A stretch of 64,000 bases of DNA, taken from Methanobacteriota archaeon (lineage in GTDB: Archaea; JAADCQ01; Methanopyri; Methanopyrales; Methanopyraceae). A program made the translations under genes and the position numbers. The stretch covers positions 64,001 to 128,000 of the forward strand of contig JAMOPO010000015.1 of NCBI GenBank assembly GCA_027064425.1. Reading direction: 5' to 3'. The first letter of the stretch is position 1. Each line of letters starts with the position of its first letter. Positions 18,167 through 28,659 of this stretch are shown piece after piece. Under the pieces are notes generated by a model, which had not been told where the DNA came from, ran no database searches, and saw only the letters and a list, made by a program, of their open reading frames with translations.

Positions 18167-20059
18167 TTGAGCTGGTGGAGGGCGGCGGTACCCCTCCTCG
18201 CCGCGGTGCTGCTGTGCCTCGGGTCGGGCCAGGCGCTGCAGGTTCAGTGGCAGGTGACGCTGGACCAGGCCATGCAGTGGAACGAGCAGGAGAAGAAGTG
18301 GACCGACCAGTCCGTCGCCTCCCGCGACGGGTACTACTACCAGATCCGCGGCCCGGCCGTGGCCACGGACGGTGACGTGGTCCTCGTCGCCTGGGAGGAG
18401 TGGTCCGAGGGCGGAACCACGGTCGGCAGGATCGGGCTGAAGGCCGTGGATACCGGTGGTCAGGTGGTGGGGGAGGCCACCGTCAACCCCGATGAGAACT
18501 GCGTGATGTTCGGGCCGGCGCTGGCCAGCTACGGTCGGGGCGAGTTCCTGCTGGCGGTCGCCGAGGTGCCGTCGGACAAGCTTCAGACCCAGGATTACGG
18601 GACGCTGAAGGTGTACAAGGTGACCGTGGCGAACGGCCAGGTGACCTGCAACCCGGTGAACGTCACCGCGAGCAACGGCGCCTACCCGTACCTGGTCCAC
18701 CTGGGCCGGGACGCGTCCGGTAACGAGTACGTAGCGCTCCTGTACGAGTCCTGGTCGCCCGACTCCGGCGCGGGCGACGTCGTCCTGCAGGTGCTGAAGA
18801 TCGACACGTCGGGCAACGTGACCGCCCTGTGGTCGACCCCGCTGACGGTCGCTAAGGGCGTGTGCAAGGACTACGTGAAGGACAACGTCCACTACTTCGG
18901 TCACGCGCGGCCGGTGGCCTCGGTGTACCGCGACGGCGGTAGCGAGTACCTGATCGTGGCGCTGACCGACTACTCGAGCGCGACGCCGAACATCTCGAGC
19001 TGGGGCTTCTTCGGCGAGTGGCGGGGCTGCAAGGTCCGCGCGTTCGTGATCCAGCTGCCAGGTGACCTGTCCGAGCTGGAGCGGAGTCAGCCGAGCGTGA
19101 TCGAGGTCCAGGGCAGCCTCACGCTGATCAACGACACGAACGAGCTGCCGTGGGTCGCGGACAACGTGATCGTGTACCGGGCCGGCCCGCTCTGGGGCAG
19201 CATGAGCGCCTCGGACACGACGCCGGACATCTACGCGGCCGTCATCGAGAATGAGGGCGGTCAGTGGGTCTTCAAGTGCGACCGGCCCGTGTACCGGCGG
19301 ATCTACACGCAGACGGCCCCGTGCGTGGTCCATGTGTACAATGACACCAGCGGCGGTCGCTATTACCTGGTGGTGTTCTCGGACAACAGCGGCGGGTTCG
19401 GTAAGGAGCGAATCGCCGGGGTCCTGCTGAGGTACAAGAGCGGCCGGCTGCAGGTGCTGGCCCAGTACGACCTGACGGGGTACGGGAACGGCGTGTACTT
19501 CTACTGCCCGACGGCGGCCGCGGTGGCGACGGAGTACGGTAACGCCGAGGTGGCGGTGACGTTCTACAAGGGCGACTCAGGGTACGGTGGGCACAAGATC
19601 GGCGACGTGGTCGTCGACCTGGCGGTGATCGGCGAGCCGGTCGAGGAGATGGCTTCCTGGGTGGAGCAGCTCGTCTCGGAGCTGGAGCGGACGCGCGTGG
19701 ACCTGCAGCAGGGTCTGAAGAACGTGCAGCGCGACCTGAAGAGCACCAAGAAGGAGCTGGACAGCGTCAAGCAGGACGTCGACAAGGTGAAGCAGGATCT
19801 CCAGGGTGTGCGGAGCAAGGTGAGCGATCTCGAGAAGAAGGTGAAGGACGTCGAGAGCCGGATCAGCGGCGTGGAAAGTGAGATCCAGGGCGTCAAGAGC
19901 GAGGTGAAGAGCGTGAAGGAGGAGGTGAGCGGCGTGAAGGGCAAGGTGGAGAGACTGGAGGGGCGAGTGAGCAAGCTGGAGCGGCGCAAGATTCCGGTGG
20001 CCGGTGCGGTGGCGCTGCTGTCACTGATCGCCGCGCTGGCGGCGCGCCGGCGGCACTAG
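18167..20059 (+). CDS. Secreted beta-rich surface protein with coiled-coil stalk and C-terminal IPV-TM-RRR anchor
   Basis: Signal peptide; heptad repeats near C-terminus; tail RRKIPVAGAVALLSLIAALAARRRH. Confidence 0.85.
   Translation: MSWWRAAVPLLAAVLLCLGSGQALQVQWQVTLDQAMQWNEQEKKWTDQSVASRDGYYYQIRGPAVATDGDVVLVAWEEWSEGGTTVGRIGLKAVDTGGQVVGEATVNPDENCVMFGPALASYGRGEFLLAVAEVPSDKLQTQDYGTLKVYKVTVANGQVTCNPVNVTASNGAYPYLVHLGRDASGNEYVALLYESWSPDSGAGDVVLQVLKIDTSGNVTALWSTPLTVAKGVCKDYVKDNVHYFGHARPVASVYRDGGSEYLIVALTDYSSATPNISSWGFFGEWRGCKVRAFVIQLPGDLSELERSQPSVIEVQGSLTLINDTNELPWVADNVIVYRAGPLWGSMSASDTTPDIYAAVIENEGGQWVFKCDRPVYRRIYTQTAPCVVHVYNDTSGGRYYLVVFSDNSGGFGKERIAGVLLRYKSGRLQVLAQYDLTGYGNGVYFYCPTAAAVATEYGNAEVAVTFYKGDSGYGGHKIGDVVVDLAVIGEPVEEMASWVEQLVSELERTRVDLQQGLKNVQRDLKSTKKELDSVKQDVDKVKQDLQGVRSKVSDLEKKVKDVESRISGVESEIQGVKSEVKSVKEEVSGVKGKVERLEGRVSKLERRKIPVAGAVALLSLIAALAARRRH
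19680..19990 (+). repeat. Heptad (coiled-coil) repeat region, imperfect 21-bp periodicity
   Basis: LKNVQRD/LKSTKKE/LDSVKQD/VDKVKQD/LQGVRSK/VSDLEKK/VKDVESR/ISGVESE/IQGVKSE/VKSVKEE/VSGVKGK. Confidence 0.75.
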
Positions 20060-21616
20060 CGGTGCGACGGGGATCACCTTGGGCTTCCGCGGTTTCTTCT
20101 CCCCTCCCGCCGGTGCCGTCCTCTTCTTGTGGCTCACCTCGGTCCTCTGGGCCGTCTTGCTAACCTTCCCGCTCACCTTCTTCTCGGACCCGGACTCCAC
20201 GGCCTCAGCTCCCTCGGCGGCTCCGGTTTCTACGCGGCTCGGCTGATTAGTGCCGTAGTACAGGTCCGGTCGCAGGTACGCCTCGAGCGCCCTCATGGCG
20301 TACGATGTCGCCCAGATCGAGGCGGGCTCGTAGGAGGCCCCCTCGGCGGTGCTCGTGACGTTCCTCGCCGGCCAGGGCCACCCGCCGTACCACTCCGGGT
20401 GTCCCAGCCTCAGGGCGTCCTCGCGCCACTGCTGGGAGACTAGCCACGCGATCGTGGCGTGCACGTTGTACTCCGGGTCCGTGATCAGGTCCGCCAGCCT
20501 GCGCTCGCCTCCGGGGGTCTTGACCGGCACGTCCGCGCCCACGTTGAACCAGATCGCCTTGAGGACGGCCAACCGGAGCACGTTGGCCGTGACGGTGGTC
20601 TCCGGTGATCCCTGGGCCTCGAGGTAGGCCGCTGAGTACGCCCAGGCCGGGCCCCTGCCGAGCTCCGTCTGGACCCACGTGACGCCCGCCTTGTCCGAGT
20701 TGAACAGCCACTGCAGGCCCAGCTTGATGGCCTTCAGTATCCGATCCTCGCTCACGTTCAGGCCGAGCCGATCGGCCAGCCGGTAGACGTCGATCAGCGT
20801 TGAGAGCACGTAGGCCTGGGTGTCGGCCGAGTACTCCTGGCACATCAGGCCGGAGTACCAGGAACCGTCCTCGTTCTGGTTCCTCAGCAGCCACTCGACG
20901 CCGCGCTCGACGGCCCTCTTGACGCGCTCGACGAGGTCCGAGGGAAGTCCCAGCTCGCTCCGGCGCTGCAGGACCTCGAGCAGGGCGGAGACGGCCGCCG
21001 CCGTGTGCCACGCGGAGCCCTCCTTGGACTCCTCCTTCTTCCTGCTCCATCCGCCGTCCTCCAGCTGCTCGTCCAGGAGCCAAACCACCGCCCGCTTGAC
21101 CGCGTTGAGGACCTCGGGAGAGTCACCACCGATCCTGAGGAGCAGCCGGATCCCGGCGGCGGTGTCGGACGTTTGGCTGCCGGAGTGCACGATCCCGCGG
21201 TAGGCCCAGCCGACCCCCCAACCGCCGTCCTCGTTCTGGTTCTCAACCGCCCACCTGACGGCCGCCCGCAGGGCCTCCCGCCACTCCCGCTGGGGCGGCT
21301 CGGCCGGGACTCCGTCCGGCGCGCGGTCCGGTAGCAGGCCCATTTCATCCGCCAGGTGCAGCGCCGGGCACGCCAGGCAGATGGACTTCAGCTCGTAGTT
21401 GAACGTCGGCTTCCACAGGTGCTCACTGGGCAGGTACCAGCCGCCCTTGTCCGCCGGCACGAACCACCAGACGGCTCCCGCCTCGATGGCCCCCCTGCAG
21501 GACCCGGACAGCCGCTGGTAGGCGCCGGTTTTCGTCCAGTCCAGAGCCAGGCCGGGGGTAAGCTGGGCGAGCAGGGCCGCGAGCAGGATCGCGACGGGGC
21601 GGCTCAGCGCGGTCAC
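20021..21616 (-). CDS. Secreted prenyltransferase/squalene-cyclase-repeat (alpha-alpha barrel) protein
   Basis: Signal peptide; QW-type repeats WAVENQNEDGGW, WLLDEQLEDGGW, WLLRNQNEDGSW; Pro-rich/basic tail. Confidence 0.85.
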   Translation of the reverse strand: MTALSRPVAILLAALLAQLTPGLALDWTKTGAYQRLSGSCRGAIEAGAVWWFVPADKGGWYLPSEHLWKPTFNYELKSICLACPALHLADEMGLLPDRAPDGVPAEPPQREWREALRAAVRWAVENQNEDGGWGVGWAYRGIVHSGSQTSDTAAGIRLLLRIGGDSPEVLNAVKRAVVWLLDEQLEDGGWSRKKEESKEGSAWHTAAAVSALLEVLQRRSELGLPSDLVERVKRAVERGVEWLLRNQNEDGSWYSGLMCQEYSADTQAYVLSTLIDVYRLADRLGLNVSEDRILKAIKLGLQWLFNSDKAGVTWVQTELGRGPAWAYSAAYLEAQGSPETTVTANVLRLAVLKAIWFNVGADVPVKTPGGERRLADLITDPEYNVHATIAWLVSQQWREDALRLGHPEWYGGWPWPARNVTSTAEGASYEPASIWATSYAMRALEAYLRPDLYYGTNQPSRVETGAAEGAEAVESGSEKKVSGKVSKTAQRTEVSHKKRTAPAGGEKKPRKPKVIPVAPLVPPARRQRGDQ

Positions 21617-21669
21617 CCCCGAAACCTTAATTTCAGCGGCGTTTCCGGCCGGTCACCCGGGGTTAAGTT

Positions 21670-24600
21670 GTGATACAAGTAGTTTCAGCTTTGCTTTTGG
21701 CGCTTTTAGTGGTCCAGTCCCCCGTTTCCGCCGCTCCCGTCGGACCCGTGGAAATCACGATCTTCGGGAACGCGGCTAAGGGGTCGCCCGAGGAGGTCAA
21801 GCTGGTGGAGGAGACCGTCTACTCCGACCTCGGGATTCGGGTCAAACTGCACGTTCACAACGTGCTGGTGAGCTGGGGCGACCAGAGCGCGCCGGTGGAC
21901 TTCGACGCGCTGGCACGGGACATCGAACGGTCGCAGATCGTCGTGCTCGACAACATGGGCCCGCTACCGGGACCGTTCGTGGAGGAGCTCTCCTCTCGGG
22001 TGCTCGGCCACCCGGTGACCGACGTCTCGAGCTTCTTCCGCGAGCTGGCGCGGCGGAAGCGGCTCGTCGCCTGCGTGACGGGTGACCAGCACGACTTCAT
22101 CCTCCTCGGCCCCGGGTGCCGCAGAATCTGCGACAACACGGCCGCGGTCGCCAACTTGGGCTTCCTGTTCCGGTTCTCGGACTCGCTGGTGCCGGTGGTG
22201 GAGTACCTGCTGTGGCTCGCGTACCCGGACGTGCCCGCGGAGCGGCTTCGCCTCTCCTCCATCCGCGTCTCCTTCGTGGCCGCCTATGTGCCCGGTCGGG
22301 GATGGGTGTTCCCGGAGGTTTCCGGCGCCGAGCTGGAGCGGGCGTACCACGAGTGGCTCCGCAGGCTGGAGTCGGGCCGCGGTGGGGGGCTGTGGTTCGA
22401 GGTTAGGATGGCGATCCTGCCGTCCTGGGTCAGGGGGTTGCGCGAGCGCTGCCTGGGCTTCCTCAAGGGATTGAATCTGCCGACACGCCGGCTGGTGGTC
22501 GTGCTGGACTACGTCGACGCGCTGTACAAGGGTGAAGCGGACCTGGTGGTCCGGATCGTGGAGGCCGTTCGGAGCGAGCTGGAGCGGGCCGGCCTGAAGG
22601 ACGTGGGCGTCATCGCCCTGCTCTGCGACGGGAACGTGGTCTCCCCGGTGGACTACCAGGGGACCGGGCTCCTGCAGGAGCTCAGGCGCCTGGGCTACGA
22701 GGTGGCCGCGGTGGTCTCCCTGTGGGCGTTCACGATGAACTACCCGGACTCGGCCGCGTGGGCGCTCATGGAGCTCGACGCGCCCGTGATCAAGGTCGTG
22801 TATCCGTTCTGGGCCGACTGGCTCTGCGAGCCGTGGCGCTACCTGAACATGGAGCGGGGCTCGCCCGACACTGGGCTCACCGGGGCCGTGTTCGAGTGGA
22901 GCTACCAGGTGGTCGGCGGGCCCGAGCTGGAGGGCGCGTTCTGGTTCAAGCTGTGCGCGCTGAAGCGGACCGGGGAGATGCGGCTCCTGCCACTGCGGGA
23001 CGTGATCGAGGATCTCGCTCGGTTAGTCACCGGGTTCGTGCGGCTCCGTTACCTGCCGGAGTCGAGGAAGCGGGTCGCGTTCATCCTCTACTGCTACCCG
23101 CCGGGCCGGGACGCGATCGGCGCCTCGTACCTGGACGTTTTCCGGTCGCTGATCAACGTCCTAACGGCCATGGTCGAGCGGGGGTACGACCTGGGTCCGG
23201 CGACCCCGTTGTTCCGCACGTTGGCGGAGCTGCGGCGCCGGGATCCCGGGGCGGCTGAGGAGTTCGAGGAGCGGCTGGCTCACGCCCTGATGGAGGCCGC
23301 GGACCTGGTGCTCAAGAACGTGGGGCCGTGGGCGAAGGGTGAGCTCGCGGAGATGGTCCGGCTGTACCGGGGTGGGCGCGCCGAGCGCGTGATCCGCTGG
23401 AGGTCGGGCGAGATGAGGGTCACCGTAGAGGGCGGGCGAGTGGTCTGGGTGGACGTGGACGGGCGCTCCTACGTGCTCGGCACGGTCGGGCCGGACCAGC
23501 TGGTGCCCGTGGAGGAGCTCGAGCGGTGGTATCGGGAGGACGTCCTCCCCCGGTTCCGGTACTACCTGTCCCTGCTGCAGGGTGACGATGAGCGGGTGCG
23601 GCGGGCGCGGGAGTCGCTTGAGCGGTGGATGAGGGCGGTGGAGCGCTGCTTCGGGCCGCCGACGGACAACAGGGGGATCATGCGGTGGGGCCGGCACTAC
23701 GTCATCCCGGCGCTCAGGCTGGGCAACGTGGTGATCATGCTGCAGCCCGTCAGGGGGTGGTCGGGCTCCCCGGAGCTCGTGTACCACTCGCCGGACCTGC
23801 CGCCGCAGTGGCAGTACATCGCCGCGTACGAGTGGCTGCGCCGCGTGTTCCGGGCGGACGCGGTGGTGCACGTGGGCACGCACGGGACGCTGGAGTGGTT
23901 GCCGGGACACCAGGTGGGGCTGCTGGGCGTGGACTGGTCGCACCTGCTCCTACCCGACGTCCCGCACTTCTACATTTACATCGTCAGTAACCCGGGCGAG
24001 GCCATGGTCGCCAAGTACCGATCCGGCCCCGTCCTCCTCACGCACCTCCCACCAGCCTGGAGCTACTTCCGCGACTTCAAGAGGTACGGCAGGCTGTGGC
24101 GCGAGATCACGCACTACCTGCAGCTGCGGATGATCGGTGGAGACCCGAGGGTGATGGGGGAGATCCGCAGGCGGATCGTGGAGGAGGCGGAGCGCCTGGG
24201 ACTGCTGCGGACCGTGGTCGACGCGATCCTGTCGGAGCAGGGTGGTGGTACGGCTCAGGACCCGAGGCGGTGGGCGCTTGAGCACTTCGACGAGTTCGTG
24301 GACAAGCTGCACGACTTCCTGCTGGAGCTGGCGCTGAGCAACGTGGCGTACGGGCTCCACGTGTACGGTCGGGATCCGGACCCGGAGGTCGCGCTGGAGG
24401 AGGCGAGCGCGCTAGCCTCCTCGATGATCAAGGTCAACGCCGTCTTCGCTTACTACGCGGGGCTGATCGGGTACCCGGACCCGGGCGAGCTGGAGCGGTT
24501 CCGGGCGGAGCGTCCCGACGAGTTCGTGACGTTCAAGACTCGACTCCGGGAGTGCCTCCGGCGGATCCTTTCCGAGGTCATCCGAGACCCCGTCCTAGTC

Positions 24601-27192
24601 CAGGCCCTCGACGAGTACGTCCGCTGGAAGGACCTGCAGGACTACTACGGCTGGAGGCCCGCCGTTAGCAACCCTGCGACCAAGGTGTTTTGGAAGGTCG
24701 CGTCCAGGCTGGTGGAGATCGCCGAGCGCGCGGTCCGTGCCACGTTCGGGGCGGTCCGGGAGGACGACAGTCACGCGCACCTGCTCGCGGAGGCCGTGGC
24801 CACGCTTTACCGGATCTACGTCCACTACCTGCGCTCAGGGAGCGAGGAGCTCGAGAACCTGCTGCGGGGCCTGGACGGCCGCTTCGTCCCGCCCGGCCTG
24901 CTGGGCGAGCCGATGTGGAACCCGGCCGTGCTGCCCACGGGTCGCGACGGGTACCCGATTGACCCCAGCATGCTGCCGACGCCGACGGCCTGGGAGGTGG
25001 CCAAGCGGCTCGTGGACGAGTTCCTGGCGCGGTACTACAGGGAGCATCGCTCCTGGCCGGAGGCCGTCGGTGTGGTGATCTGGGGCGTGCACGAGCTCTG
25101 CACGGGCGGCCTGAACATCGCGATGGTCCTGTACCTGCTCGGCGTCCGTCCGGTTTGGGACCCGGACACGGGCCGGGTGATCGGCGTCGAGCTGATCCCG
25201 CTGAAGGATCTCACGGTGAACGTGGACGGGGTGCCGGTGCGCCGGCCGCGGATCGACGTGGTCGTGTGGGCCGCCCTGCACATGGAGGCGCCTCTGAAGC
25301 TACTCGCCGACGCGTTCTACCTGGTCTCGCACGTGGATGAGCCCCCGGCGTGGAACTACCGCCGGAAGCACTACCTGGAGCTGAAGCCGGTGGTCGTGGA
25401 GGAGCTCAGGAGGAAGGGTCACCCGGCCGAAGAGGCCGAGGAGCTGGCGGACGTGATCGCCTCCAGCGGGTACTTCGCGCAGCCGCCCGGGGTCTTCACG
25501 GGCGCGGGCGCCTCGGACGTCGTGGAGCACGCGTGGACGGACGTGTCCGGCACGGTCGGAGTGCTGGAGAGCGCGAGCGAGGCCCTGCGGGAGTTCCAGC
25601 GGAGGTTCTGGGAGAGGTTCCGGGTGGCCTGTGAGGCGCGGATGGCCTACGTCTACGGAGCGCGGGCGCGAATCGTGATCGTTCGGCAGGGTGAGCGGGT
25701 CCGCGTGATGGTCCTTCGAACCAGCACGGACGAGGTCTACCACGCGATCCCAGCGGTCACCGCGTTCCGCTACCTGATGTCCAAGGTCCAGGCGGTGCTG
25801 CACAGCGTGGTGAACACCTGGGGCCTGATCGACACCGACGACTTCTACGACTGGGTGGGCGGGATGGCCCTGTACGCCACCTTCGCCTCCGGGCGCGCCC
25901 CGGAGGTGTACATCGCCAACGCCATCGACCCGACCGCGGCCAGGACCCTGTCCGCCTTCGAGCAGCTGGCCGGGGAGGTGTACACGAAGCTCCTGAGCCC
26001 GTCCTGGTGGGGGGCGATGCTCGAGCACGGCGACTACGGCTGGTCCCGGATCGCGCGGCGAATCGAGTACCTGGCCGGCTGGGGCGTTACCGTCCCGTCG
26101 ATGAGGCCCTACCTCAACGGGCTGTACACTCGGGTCGCGGGGAAGCTCCTGGAGGAGATCGCGAGACACCCGCCCAGGACGGAGTACGGGTGGGCCGCGG
26201 TCGTGTCCTCGCTGGCCTGGTTCGTGGAGCTGGCGAGAGTGGGCGTCTGGCAGCCGAAGGATAGGACCGTGCTCGCGAAGGTGGCCCGCGCGCTGCTCGA
26301 GGTGATGGCCCGCCACGGGCCGGCCACCTGCCACCACACGAGTCCGAACCCGGCCCTGATCGCGTACAGCGTCCGGACCCTGTTGGAGGCGGGGTACTCG
26401 TACTCCGAGGTGTCCGGGCTGGTGAGTCGGGTGCTGCAGTGGTACCAGCGGCTGGACAACCCGACCATCGTGCAGCAGATCCGGGCCCTGCTACGGGAGG
26501 TTCTACAGCGGTTCGGGGCCGGCACCACCTCCCGGACGTCGGGCCGCTCCACGGTCGCTCGCGCCGGTCGGGCGACCGCGATCAACGCCAGCGGGGTCAG
26601 CGCCCGGGCCCCGGGCGCCTCCGGCCGGGTCGTGAGCGGTGGGCGGGGGGCGCAGGCCCCCGGAGCGGCGCCGAGCTCGGCGGCGTCTGGGGTGGTTTCA
26701 CGGGCCTTAAGGGCCGTGAGGAGCGTCGCTGAGGCAGTCCGGGCGGTGGTCTCATCGCGGAGCTCCGCGGTGCCGTCCGCCGCCGAAGCCGCCACCAGGG
26801 TGATGGCGCGGGTGGTTGGAGGCGGAGCGGCCGGCCCCGCGGGCCGGACGGGCTCGGGTCTGGGTGGTAAGGGCAGGGTGACCGTGGTGGGCGTTCGTGG
26901 CTCCCCGCTCTCGGGCCGGCCGAGCTCTGGGCGGTCGGGGGCGGGCTCAGCCGGGTCCCGGGCGGCCTCGGCCGCCGCGTCGGTCGCGGCCAGGGTGGCC
27001 GCTCGGGCCTCCGCCGAGTCGGCGCGGGCGGTCGCGTCGACGGCGGCGAGGGTGATGTCGAGGGCCGCGTCGCCGGCCTCGGCGTCGTCGAGGAGGATCT
27101 GGGAGTGGGTGCTGGCGCTGCTGCTCACCGCGCTGGTCGTCTGCGGGTGCGTGGCGGCCCGTCGGGTGGGCCCGGTGGGTGCGCGCTGGTGA
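21670..27192 (+). CDS. Extracytoplasmic CobN/Mg-chelatase-H-like protein
   Basis: YCYPPG, IGASYLDV, LQPVRGW, HVGTHGTLEWLPG, NPGEA, LPTGRD, RRPRIDV; signal peptide, A/S/R/G-rich linker, C-terminal TM. Confidence 0.9.
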   Translation: MIQVVSALLLALLVVQSPVSAAPVGPVEITIFGNAAKGSPEEVKLVEETVYSDLGIRVKLHVHNVLVSWGDQSAPVDFDALARDIERSQIVVLDNMGPLPGPFVEELSSRVLGHPVTDVSSFFRELARRKRLVACVTGDQHDFILLGPGCRRICDNTAAVANLGFLFRFSDSLVPVVEYLLWLAYPDVPAERLRLSSIRVSFVAAYVPGRGWVFPEVSGAELERAYHEWLRRLESGRGGGLWFEVRMAILPSWVRGLRERCLGFLKGLNLPTRRLVVVLDYVDALYKGEADLVVRIVEAVRSELERAGLKDVGVIALLCDGNVVSPVDYQGTGLLQELRRLGYEVAAVVSLWAFTMNYPDSAAWALMELDAPVIKVVYPFWADWLCEPWRYLNMERGSPDTGLTGAVFEWSYQVVGGPELEGAFWFKLCALKRTGEMRLLPLRDVIEDLARLVTGFVRLRYLPESRKRVAFILYCYPPGRDAIGASYLDVFRSLINVLTAMVERGYDLGPATPLFRTLAELRRRDPGAAEEFEERLAHALMEAADLVLKNVGPWAKGELAEMVRLYRGGRAERVIRWRSGEMRVTVEGGRVVWVDVDGRSYVLGTVGPDQLVPVEELERWYREDVLPRFRYYLSLLQGDDERVRRARESLERWMRAVERCFGPPTDNRGIMRWGRHYVIPALRLGNVVIMLQPVRGWSGSPELVYHSPDLPPQWQYIAAYEWLRRVFRADAVVHVGTHGTLEWLPGHQVGLLGVDWSHLLLPDVPHFYIYIVSNPGEAMVAKYRSGPVLLTHLPPAWSYFRDFKRYGRLWREITHYLQLRMIGGDPRVMGEIRRRIVEEAERLGLLRTVVDAILSEQGGGTAQDPRRWALEHFDEFVDKLHDFLLELALSNVAYGLHVYGRDPDPEVALEEASALASSMIKVNAVFAYYAGLIGYPDPGELERFRAERPDEFVTFKTRLRECLRRILSEVIRDPVLVQALDEYVRWKDLQDYYGWRPAVSNPATKVFWKVASRLVEIAERAVRATFGAVREDDSHAHLLAEAVATLYRIYVHYLRSGSEELENLLRGLDGRFVPPGLLGEPMWNPAVLPTGRDGYPIDPSMLPTPTAWEVAKRLVDEFLARYYREHRSWPEAVGVVIWGVHELCTGGLNIAMVLYLLGVRPVWDPDTGRVIGVELIPLKDLTVNVDGVPVRRPRIDVVVWAALHMEAPLKLLADAFYLVSHVDEPPAWNYRRKHYLELKPVVVEELRRKGHPAEEAEELADVIASSGYFAQPPGVFTGAGASDVVEHAWTDVSGTVGVLESASEALREFQRRFWERFRVACEARMAYVYGARARIVIVRQGERVRVMVLRTSTDEVYHAIPAVTAFRYLMSKVQAVLHSVVNTWGLIDTDDFYDWVGGMALYATFASGRAPEVYIANAIDPTAARTLSAFEQLAGEVYTKLLSPSWWGAMLEHGDYGWSRIARRIEYLAGWGVTVPSMRPYLNGLYTRVAGKLLEEIARHPPRTEYGWAAVVSSLAWFVELARVGVWQPKDRTVLAKVARALLEVMARHGPATCHHTSPNPALIAYSVRTLLEAGYSYSEVSGLVSRVLQWYQRLDNPTIVQQIRALLREVLQRFGAGTTSRTSGRSTVARAGRATAINASGVSARAPGASGRVVSGGRGAQAPGAAPSSAASGVVSRALRAVRSVAEAVRAVVSSRSSAVPSAAEAATRVMARVVGGGAAGPAGRTGSGLGGKGRVTVVGVRGSPLSGRPSSGRSGAGSAGSRAASAAASVAARVAARASAESARAVASTAARVMSRAASPASASSRRIWEWVLALLLTALVVCGCVAARRVGPVGARW

Positions 27193-27196
27193 TGGG

Positions 27197-28486
27197 TCAG
27201 TCGAGGAGGTGCTCGGCCAGGGTCCTGGCGGCCTCTCGGGTGTGCTCCCGCGGGACCACGACGCTGACGGCGACGGCCCCGTAGGCGCTGCCCAGCAGGT
27301 CGAACCCGTCGCAGGATGATAGGAACGTGGACACATCCCTGGGCGACATTCCCTCGCCGACGACCGTCACGAGGCCGACCTCCTCCCGGACCTCCCAGTC
27401 GTAGTCGAGCTCGCGTAGGGCCTCTCGGGCCTCGTCCACGCTCCGCTCCTCGATCAGGATGTTGATGCACGGCTCGGAGGCGGTGGTGAGGAGGGCCAGG
27501 ATGTTCACCCCGTGGTCACCCAGGCGGGTGGTCACGGTCCCGATCACGCCGGGCTCGTCCATCATTCGGGCGCCCGTCACCTGGATGAGGGCGACGTCCT
27601 CGCGCGAGGCGACGACCTTGGGGCCGGGCTCGGTCTCCTCGGAGATCACGGTGCCCACGTTGGCCGTGCGGGAGTTGCCGATCAGGACCTTGACCCCGAG
27701 GTTCTTCGCGGCCTCTACGGCCTTGGGGTGGATGACCTCGGCCCCGGAGGCGCCGGCCATCATGGCCTCCTCGTAGGAGAGCCGCTCGACGACGCGGGCC
27801 TCGGCGAGGTCCGGGTCCGTGGTCATGATGCCGTCCACGTCGGTCCAGATGAGGGCGCGGACCCCGAGGATGCCGGCGAGCACGGTGGCGGTGTAGTCCG
27901 AGCCGCCGCGGCCGAGGGTCGTGATGTGACCGCGCTCGGACCGGCCTATGAAGCCGGTCACGATGGGGACGCGGCCGGCGCGGAGGTCGCTCATGAGCTT
28001 GGATCGGGTGCCCTCCCAGCGGATGATGTCGGCGTTGCCCGGGCGGTCGGTGGTGACGAGGCCGATCTCCCAGGAATCGTACGCGACGGCCCGGATCCCG
28101 CGCTCGCGGAGGTAGGCGGCGATTAACCGGGCGGAGGCGCGCTCGCCGAGGGCTAGGACCAGGTCCTTGAGCCGGTCCTCGGGCCGCTCGAGCTGCTCGA
28201 GAACCGTGGCGACGCCTTCGAGCAGCGTCTCCATCTTGCGGAGGAACTCGCGGACCTCTCGGTGCTCCTCCTCCAGGTGTTCGGCGATGAAGCGCTCGTG
28301 CTCCTCGATGATGGGATCGGGGTCCGCGGCGCCCCTGCAGGCGTCTTGGATGAACTGCTCGAGCGCGTCGGTGACCCCGGCGAGGGCGGAGACGACCACG
28401 ACGTTGCCCGAGGTGGCGGAGGCTTCCAGGGTCTGGAGGCCTTCCTCGGACGACACCGAGGTGCCTCCGAACTTGTGTACCTCCAT
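27197..28486 (-). CDS. lysC: Aspartate kinase
   Basis: VHKFGGTSV, VVSALAGVTD, TTLGRGGSDYTA, WTDVDG, ACT domains. Confidence 0.93.
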   Translation of the reverse strand: MEVHKFGGTSVSSEEGLQTLEASATSGNVVVVSALAGVTDALEQFIQDACRGAADPDPIIEEHERFIAEHLEEEHREVREFLRKMETLLEGVATVLEQLERPEDRLKDLVLALGERASARLIAAYLRERGIRAVAYDSWEIGLVTTDRPGNADIIRWEGTRSKLMSDLRAGRVPIVTGFIGRSERGHITTLGRGGSDYTATVLAGILGVRALIWTDVDGIMTTDPDLAEARVVERLSYEEAMMAGASGAEVIHPKAVEAAKNLGVKVLIGNSRTANVGTVISEETEPGPKVVASREDVALIQVTGARMMDEPGVIGTVTTRLGDHGVNILALLTTASEPCINILIEERSVDEAREALRELDYDWEVREEVGLVTVVGEGMSPRDVSTFLSSCDGFDLLGSAYGAVAVSVVVPREHTREAARTLAEHLLD

Positions 28487-28530
28487 CACGGCTCCCGCCG
28501 CATCGTTATGATTTTCGTAACGATTCCGGC

Positions 28531-28621
28531 TGGCGCCGGGGCCGGGATTTGAACCCGGGCGGCCCATACGGGCCACGGGATCTCCAATCCCGCGCCTTGG
28601 ACCGGGCTCGGCCGCCCCGGC
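28531..28621 (-). tRNA. tRNA-Ser(GGA), encoded CCA, C at position 8
   Basis: GCCGGGG/CCCCGGC acceptor, CGGGA-TTGGAGA-TCCCG anticodon arm, long variable arm, GGTTCAAATCC; TTTTAA about 30 bp upstream. Confidence 0.95.
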
Positions 28622-28659
28622 GCCTCCGTGCCCGCTCCCCGCCGGCTGGATTAAAACGG

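Noticed and set aside
17417-19333. Long antisense ORFs (also 811-2196, 54858-56828, 56956-59160, 61767-63776)
   Set aside because: Shadow frames of real genes in GC-rich DNA, with no motifs and skewed composition
28487-28576. N-terminal extensions of lysC, and of ORFs 34567-35913 and 35898-36719
   Set aside because: They run through tRNA genes; downstream starts fit better
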